A stretch of 20,000 bases of DNA from Thraustochytrium aureum. Its lineage: Eukaryota. Position numbers and translations under genes: made by a program. Shown in pieces: positions 12,001-18,500 of the stretch (its first letter is position 1; each line of letters begins with the position of its first letter). The notes beneath the pieces were generated by a model that made no database searches, had not been told where the DNA came from, and was given only the letters and a program-made list of their open reading frames with translations. Where the stretch lies: positions 120,962 through 140,961 of the forward strand of contig BLSG01000343.1 in NCBI GenBank assembly GCA_012862495.1. Reading direction: 5' to 3'.

Positions 12001-12568
12001 AGGCGCAGGACGCCTGGGACCTTGTCGGGAGCGTTGTTGGCTTTGTTGGCTGGCTGGATCACGCCCGAAGTCGGCGTGATCGTCACGTTGGGCCCGAGGT
12101 CGCCGGTGATGGTAAATTCTCCTGGGCGGGTTCCGATGTTGCGCAGCTCGACATATTTTGTGACAGTGTTGCCTCTGACGATCGTGCCGATGTCTACGAG
12201 TCCGCCCCCCTCGATTTGCAGGACTGGGCTTGGCGCTGCGCCTCGCAGTTGGACGACGTAGCGATGCTTGCCGCACTTGATCACGAGCTCGTCGTGAAAG
12301 TGCTGCTGCTTGTGGTTGTCTGGAATGCAGAACTCGACCTCGGCCCGCACTTCCAGCCCTGGCGCGATTGCCTCGGTCGGCATGTAGTTGACGGTAAAAA
12401 ATCGGACTTGGGGAGCTCGAACCGGATCCGACTGGCCTGCGGCGCCACGTTTTGGATGAACACCGTCATAACGTAGAGCGTGTTTGGCTCGGCATTCTCA
12501 AACTCGATCAGGGGTGGGAACACGCGCACTGGGCCGCCCTCCCCGCCGATGCCTTGGGCAGCGGCCAT
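3064..12568 (-). CDS. CFAP47: Cilia- and flagella-associated protein 47 (multiple ASH/MSP-type Ig-like domains plus a calponin-homology domain), ~3,170 aa, no introns detected; broken by 4 single-base frameshifts (~12400, ~10490, ~7760, ~4375)
   Basis: ATG at 12568 gives MAAAQGIGGEGGPVRVFPPLIEF..TLYVMTVFIQN..RIRF, continuing into AIAPGLEVRAEVEF. ASH-like motifs recur throughout (DFGxV, L.N.G, I.P..G.I.P), with a CH-like domain, LPQFMPKATIEF, and C-terminal FSPTEYGK..GKLVI.TEEMQWTY.LRG. Five overlapping minus-strand ORFs join into one collinear protein. Confidence 0.88.
6645..7070 (-). other. Calponin-homology-like domain within CFAP47
   Basis: AETVLLHWLSDH...VLNFDSDLGSGVVLCMLVASHVP...NLRSLMSAVKELGLDYTLSPEDM...NARDNLLFVLSLFQTLP follows the CH consensus (LLxW; NFxxDLxxGxxL; N..A..LG; I/L.P.D). 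Confidence 0.8.
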
Positions 12569-12744
12569 TTCCCTCGCGCCGCCTGGCGCGCAGGTATGCG
12601 CCTTCTTGCCTCGTCTCGCGCTCCTTTGGCCTGCTTTCTTCTCCGTTTGCGCGCGCCTTGTCTGCCTGCCGCCCTTGCGCTTGCTGGCCTCCGATCGCCG
12701 CTCCTGAAACCCCTTGGTGGTGCGACGCGGCCAGCACTTGATGG

Positions 12745-12800
12745 GCTGCGGTCGCTGCGGTTGCTGCTGGCGCTGCTGGCGCTGCTGGCGCTGCGGCTGC
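12745..12800. repeat. Degenerate 9-bp tandem repeat (GCTGCTGGC) upstream of the CFAP47 start
   Basis: Three perfect copies at 12763-12789, flanked by GCTGCGGT/GCTGCGGC variants. Confidence 0.8.
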
Positions 12801-12880
12801 GCGTCTGGCGCGCTCGCAACGCCGTTGAGTTGCTCTTGGTGTATCTGCGTCCGACGATTTGTCAACGGTACTTTCACCAG

Positions 12881-12912
12881 TTCTGCAGCGTTCTGCGGCG
12901 TTCTGCGGCGTT
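12881..12912. repeat. 10-bp tandem repeat (TTCTGCRGCG)x3+ running into the assembly gap
   Basis: TTCTGCAGCG TTCTGCGGCG TTCTGCGGCG TT, then Ns. Confidence 0.85.
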
Positions 12913-13041
12913 NNNNNNNNNNNNNNNNNNNNNNNNNNNNNNNNNNNNNNNNNNNNNNNNNNNNNNNNNNNNNNNNNNNNNNNNNNNNNNNNNNNNNNNN
13001 NNNNNNNNNNNNNNNNNNNNNNNNNNNNNNNNNNNNNNNNN
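12913..13041. other. Assembly gap (129 N)
   Basis: Run of N. Confidence 1.
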
Positions 13042-13056
13042 CTGAAGCGCGAGCCC

Positions 13057-13190
13057 CAGTCCGTCCCGCAGGAACCGGACTGATGAGATGATACACCATG
13101 GAGCTTTGAGATTATGGTCTTCCTGCTACGAAAACTCCAGAGACTGAGGCTGGGGTCCGGTCCCCAGCCAGCCTGCCACGAGACGTCTCG
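13057..13190 (+). ncRNA. Candidate structured RNA (degenerate hammerhead-like or box C/D-like); unproven
   Basis: CTGATGA at 13080-13086, CGAAAA at 13129-13134, CTCCAG/CTGGGG-TC pairing, CTGA at 13144-13147 and several hairpins. The core geometry is imperfect. Confidence 0.2.
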
Positions 13191-13774
13191 CTGCCTGTGT
13201 TGATGAGGTACCCACTGAGTAGAGTGCCTTACCATCCGTGGTGTTGAAATGTTAAAATGGGGAACGGCGTAGAAAGAGGCTGCCTGTGACGGGCAATCTC
13301 CTGTGTTGGCTTCATTTGTTGCTGCGACAATCTTCGCTTTTGTGGAAGATCAACTTCGAGGAGCTGATGGTGCCAGAGCGCGGATTGAGGATGGAGCAAC
13401 GGCTGGCCAGACTCGGGGCCCACGGCGCAGAACAGGTGTTGGCAGTCACGCCGGTCATCATGACCCTTGCAAATTGGGCGCAGGATTCTTGACGCTTCGG
13501 CAACGCAGGTTGATCGCCGTACAGAGCGGAGGAGTGCGTTGCGCTGAGGAGGAACGCGAGAGCGCCAGATAAGAAAAGTGAATTGTTTTCATGAACAATC
13601 GAGGAGAACTTGCAAGGGCCGGGTGGGCGGCCTACAAAATTGGCACTTGGGGCGGTTCGCTCTTCTCGTGCGAGATCCTCTTCTCTAGCTACTAGAGAGA
13701 GGCGCTCGAGAGGTGCGAGAGTTTAGCAAACGAGGGGCAGGCAGATGCGCACATCGCGGTCTCGCCGCCTAAAT

Positions 13775-14695
13775 CTACTGCGAGGACATGTACGCGGCCA
13801 TGCGTCCGGGCGTAAACCCAGAGTTGATCCTCTCCGCAAACGGCTGCACCGTGACCGCTTTAGGCGCCTCAGGCGGGTTGAGGCGCTCCTGCTCCTCGCG
13901 CCTCTTCTCCTCGGCACGGCGGCGCGTCTGCATCTCCCGCAAGTACGAACGCACAAAAGCGTACAATGTCGTGTATCCTGGCTCAGCCTCAATCTCCTTC
14001 CAGGGGCAGCACCGCACCATCGAGCCCGACTCGAGCATGAGCGCGTCTGTCGGCCAGTCTCCCATGCCGTCAAAGATGTGCGTTGCGTAGATGATTGTCG
14101 CCTTGCGCTCGTCGGACTCGCGGCGCAAAAAGTCGAGGAAATCTTGGCGCGCAAGGACGTCGAGGTCCACGGTCATCTCGTCAAGGAGCAGCAGCTTGAA
14201 CGGGCGCAGCAGACCAATCATGATTTGCACGCGGCGCCGCTGGCCGTCAGAAACCTGGTGCATCCGCCACTCCGGGTCGATCTCGAGAATGTCGTAGAGC
14301 TCCTTTCGCCGCTCCGGGTGCTCCTTCTGAAGGGAGAGGCACATGTCCTTCACCTTAATGTCAGCCTGATAGGGTACGCTGTTGCCGGCAAAGGCGACGG
14401 TGCGCGTCCAGCCGCCGCCGAGGAACGAGATCCCGCTCAGACCTAGCGTCTGGAAGAAGGCGGGCTTGCCGAGGACCAAAACCTTTTCCTTGTCGTGAAG
14501 GTGCTTGCCTGCCAGTACGCGCATCAACGAGCTCTTGCCGGCCCCGTTCGCGCCGAGCAGCAGGCACCTCGCGCCGTGGCGCAGGCTAAAGTTGATGCCT
14601 TTCAGGGCCGGGATGGGCTTCCCGTAGCTGTTGTCGTACTCGAAGTCGAAGTCGGTCACCTTGACCGCAAACTCGCCGTCTTCCACCTGTGCCAT
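13775..14695 (-). CDS. Stand-alone soluble ABC ATPase, CAF16 / plant ABCI19-21-like, 306 aa, single exon
   Basis: Walker A GANGAGKS, family segment WTRTVAFAG..VPYQADI, WRMHQ-VSDGQRRRVQI signature variant, Walker B LLLLDE with TVDLD, H-loop IIYATHIFDG. No transmembrane segment and an intact ORF. Confidence 0.92.
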   Translation of the reverse strand: MAQVEDGEFAVKVTDFDFEYDNSYGKPIPALKGINFSLRHGARCLLLGANGAGKSSLMRVLAGKHLHDKEKVLVLGKPAFFQTLGLSGISFLGGGWTRTVAFAGNSVPYQADIKVKDMCLSLQKEHPERRKELYDILEIDPEWRMHQVSDGQRRRVQIMIGLLRPFKLLLLDEMTVDLDVLARQDFLDFLRRESDERKATIIYATHIFDGMGDWPTDALMLESGSMVRCCPWKEIEAEPGYTTLYAFVRSYLREMQTRRRAEEKRREEQERLNPPEAPKAVTVQPFAERINSGFTPGRMAAYMSSQ

Positions 14696-15172
14696 CGTGC
14701 TTGGGCGGTTGGCTGGCTTGAGTGTCTGTCCTGACGATCGATCCGCTTCACTTGGCTGTCAGCGTCGAAGTGCGCGCGCTCTGTCGTCCTGCGCCGCTTG
14801 CCTTCGTTCCGCACAGAAGCTGTCTGTCGCCCGTGGTGTTCGGTGTTTGCCTGTCGCGCATCCGCCTCGCCAACACGCCGCTGGGAAACCGAAGGTGAAA
14901 TGGTCCAAATGGAGCGGGGTGAAAATCTCCGTGTGGGGAGGACTCGGACGCGGGCCCTGCTTGCATTCTCTCTCCACAGAGTGCAGGCAGGCCCTGCGCT
15001 TCACGGAATCCGCCGAGCCAGCCAGCCAGCCACACCGGAAAGACGCAAAGCCCCGGGCTGGCAGCGGCCGTCGTGAAGCGGAGCGCGTCCACCGCAGACA
15101 TCGCGCGCGAAGATGAGCCTCACTCACTCGTCCATTTTTCATTCACGAATTTCATCCACCCACTTGCGAGCG

Positions 15173-15432
15173 TCGAAGAACACAATTTGTTCTTCGCCTT
15201 GAGGCAGGGTACAAGGATCTGTTCAGCACGGAGGAGCAAAGTATGTTCTTGAGTGTTCGTAGCAGGGTACAAGGAATGTGCTCCTTCGAGAAGAACACGT
15301 TTTGTTCGTGAGCTGTTCGTTGCAAGGTACAAGGATCTGTTCAGTATCGAGGAACACAATATGCTCTTCAGTGTTCGTGGCAGGGCGAACAACAATCTTG
15401 GCAACAAAACAAATCTGTTCTGGTGCAGGGTC
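15173..15432. repeat. Degenerate ~58-60 bp tandem array (about 4 units plus a partial), each unit with a GARCA-N5-TGYTC palindrome and a GCARGG(TACAAGGA) core
   Basis: Core starts at 15204, 15262, 15322 and 15380 (spacing 58, 60, 58), with a partial at 15425. GGTACAAGGATCTGTTCAG occurs exactly twice. GC is visibly lower than in the flanks. Confidence 0.85.
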
Positions 15433-15568
15433 TGAACTGCTCGTGCGTCCCAGAGCCGCAAGCGACAGCATCACAAGTGAGTGCGCTCCGGTGCGCCGCT
15501 CTCGCCGCCTTGGCGTCTCCAAGGACCGCGGCGCGCGCGCAGTGGCCCTGCTGCTCGTGGCCCCGTGC

Positions 15569-15581
15569 TGACGTCACGTCA
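15569..15581. promoter_or_regulatory. CRE-like palindrome TGACGTCA with an overlapping second ACGTCA half-site, just upstream of ATG 15595
   Basis: The sequence TGACGTCACGTCA is present; function is only inferred from similarity to bZIP (CREB/ATF) sites. Confidence 0.25.
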
Positions 15582-15594
15582 CCCCGAGACCGAG

Positions 15595-18500
15595 ATGGGC
15601 CAGGACGCGTCAACCGAGGCTTCGGAGCAGCTCGGGCCGAGCGAGGCGGCGGCGGCGGACGCCGTGGCGGAGGTGCGCGCGAGAGCGGCTGATGAGGCGG
15701 ACGAGAGGGCAGTGGCGGACGTCCGAGCTGATCTTCAGAGCATCAGTGCGGCGTCGAAAAGGAAGCACTACGAGCAGCAGAGGGGCCTGATCAAGAAGGT
15801 AGCCGCGCGGACGGCTGCCGAGGCGAGTCGCGGGGAGCCGCTGGCGATCGCCAAGTGCCCTGTCGAGCTGTACGCCGCGATGAACGATTCCTTTGGATGC
15901 GCAAGCGTGCCTGTCGTGCAGCAAGCGGCGGTGTTGCTGGTGCTCTTGGCCCCCCACTCTGTCAACTCGTGCCTGGGGCTCACAGAGGTGCAAGAGTCCC
16001 TACTGGAGCGTATCCTGAGTCAACAAGCCCTCCTTCGAAGCGGCGAGGCCATCGCGCAGGCCGAGCTTGCGCCGGGCAGCATTGGCATTGCTGCGGCGAT
16101 TTGAAGTACCTTCGTGGAGCGCTCACGTTCCACCGGCTCGCGGGCTGCCTGACCGAGCACATGGTCAACACACTTTCGTACATGCTTCTAGACCCCAAGC
16201 GGGAACTCGTGAGGCTTGCGGCGGCGATTCTCAGCACGCTCTTCCTGCATTCGCAGAGCCGGATTCTCACGCACGAGCCACGCGGCCTGCTCATCCTCTG
16301 CGCCGAGAGCGACGACCCCGTGTCGCAGTACTTTGCGGTCACAGCGCTCGGAAACCTTTGCCTCACCTCCCACCCCAAGCTCGGCAAGGTAACCGCGTTC
16401 ACGAACTCTGTGCACCACATGATGCAGTCCGGTCTTGTAGAGCTTCTCAGCGTCGTGGCAGACCCGCTGTCGCCGCTCTACGTCCTCGAGGCCGCGGTGC
16501 GCGCGCTGCTTATGTTTTGCGGCACCGACAAGGCCCGCGCTCGGACTGCCCACGCCAAGATCTTCTACAAGCCGCTACTTGGAGGCGAATCGAAGTCTTC
16601 AGCAGACGAAACTCTTGGTCACGGAGGGGTCGGTCGAGGTGGTGGAAGCGATAACGGGCTGCTGAAGTCATGCGTAGTCCTGGCCACCGCACATGGCGTG
16701 CGCGACCAGTACGCGTCAACTGACCCTTGCTGCCCAGCCCTCCACGCCTTGTTCTTTCTAGCCAGGCTTCCGCCAGACCTCACCGGGCCGTCGCACGCGT
16801 TTCAGCACCTTTCCCGCGCAGCGCGCGAATCCGACCTGCTCCACACCTTGGGTTGCCTCTTGCTTGCGGAGCTTGCGGCCAGCTCCGAGAACGTGTGGCT
16901 GTTCAAGACAGGCTTCAACGCGCTACGGCCAAGGTCAAAGTCGCTTGAACGGCGGGTATCGCGCTCTGGGCACCGGTCAAGCGGCGAGAAAAACAGGCGC
17001 GGAACTAGCGAGACGGCAACAGAAGCCGCGTGCGAGGAGCGCAATAGCGTTCCTATCCCGGGTCTCGACCCAGTGCATGCCGACGCAGACGGCGGCACTC
17101 GAGTCTCAACGCCGCGCTGGTTTCAAGTTTTGTTTGTGCTTCATGGCACGCCACCCGCTTCAGGCGCCAGGGAGAACTGCGCCCCGCGCGTAGCGTTTGC
17201 GATGGCTCTTATGCATTTGTGCAAGGACGGAGACATAATGGAGCGCTATTTGCGCGAGGTCGACCCGCAGGGCGCGATTCGGCCGTTTCTCAACCACTTT
17301 TCGAGGGAAAAGCGCTTCTCGTTTGACCTCGCATGGCAAGGCCTTACGACCTCCCCTGAGCTCGCGTCTGCGGGCTCGCAGCTCCTCAGCGGGTCAATGC
17401 TTGGCGGCGCGCTGGGCGAGGACCTGACTGAGGTGTTTTCAATGCTCGCGTGGCCACCGACCAGTGTTCCCACCGACCCAGCGTTTGGGGAGAGCTGGGT
17501 TCGGTTCTTCCAGGCCAGCGTATGCGACGCCCTCGAGTTTCACGTTCAAGCCGCGCTCCAGACGGCCGGAAAGAGCGAGCAGATACCGGGCGAATATTGC
17601 GCGCTCCTTGCGAGTGTGCTGGAAACCTGCGCGGACGGCGTCGTCCTGCGCAGAGCCCTGCGGCTCGTGTCCGCGCTCGCGCTCTCCAGTGAGCGCGTCG
17701 CGGGGCTCTTGTTCGATCGCGGCGTGGCAGGCACGCTCCTGCGCTTTTTGTGGCTCACTGTCGAGGAGCTCGGCCTGCTCATCGTGGAGATCAGCGAGGC
17801 AGAAGGGGAGAACCCCGGGACTCTGTTTGTGCCGCCGGGAAAAGCACAGCAGAGCGAGCGCGACGTCGAGGCGAACAGCTCGCAAGCCAGCCTGGGCGCT
17901 GGTGGCGACAGGTTTCGCTCGCGAATGCTAGGCGGTGGTCTTCTGATGGGTTCGCGGTTCTTGCGGCGCGGACGGCGCATGACGCGGTCGAATGGCGACC
18001 TACTTCTCCTGTCGGTTCTTCGCGCTCTGACCGCGTTCTCGGTGCACGCGTCGCTCAGGACAGCCCTTGGCGTCCAGATGCGCTTGCGTGGTCTTTTGTA
18101 CCGCTTGCTGCAGGTGTTTAGCAACTCCTCGACAGGGCAGGCCGGCACCGCGCGCATGCTCGACGATAAGAGACTTGCGCAGGCAGTGCACGATGAGCTG
18201 ATTTTGGGTATCGGCAACCTCGCGCCGCGAAACGACTCGCTGTCAAAGCTCGGATGGAGTGAATCGAGCAACTTGCGCATGCTGCAGGACATCGTTCGTC
18301 TCATCGGGCAAACGCCAGATGTTGCGCGGCCTCTTGCCGCGGAATCTTCTGATTTTGTCTCGCTCTGGCCGGGGGAACCCGACCTGGCGTTCACCGGCCT
18401 CAAGGCGCTTCGCGCAGTCGAGAATATAGCACGCTCTCGCGGCGTGAAGCTGGTGCTTGCCACGCAGACCGAGTTGTTCGCCGCCCTCGGGCACACGCTT

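Noticed and set aside
12815..12850. RFX X-box upstream of a ciliary gene
   Set aside because: Only GTTGC/GCAAC half-sites in the wrong arrangement; no full GTTNCCATGGNAAC-type palindrome.
12569..13099. N-terminal extension of CFAP47 through the gap
   Set aside because: The upstream frame is low-complexity and repeat-derived and reaches an ATG only by reading through Ns. Family-like sequence starts just after ATG 12568.
15174..15370. Steroid-receptor response elements or Gram-positive LexA boxes
   Set aside because: Half-sites look similar but spacing differs (N5 here versus N3 for AGAACA-TGTTCT; GAAC-N7-GTTC versus N4), and those factors are not expected in a protist.
15173..15432. CRISPR array
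   Set aside because: The would-be spacers resemble each other, the repeats are degenerate, no cas genes are present and the context is eukaryotic.
15855..16100. ORF-track start of the 1064-aa protein (MPCRAVRR...)
   Set aside because: Wrong frame for this stretch. The protein-like frame starts at ATG 15595 and switches near 16101 (IGIAAAI-LKYLRGAL).
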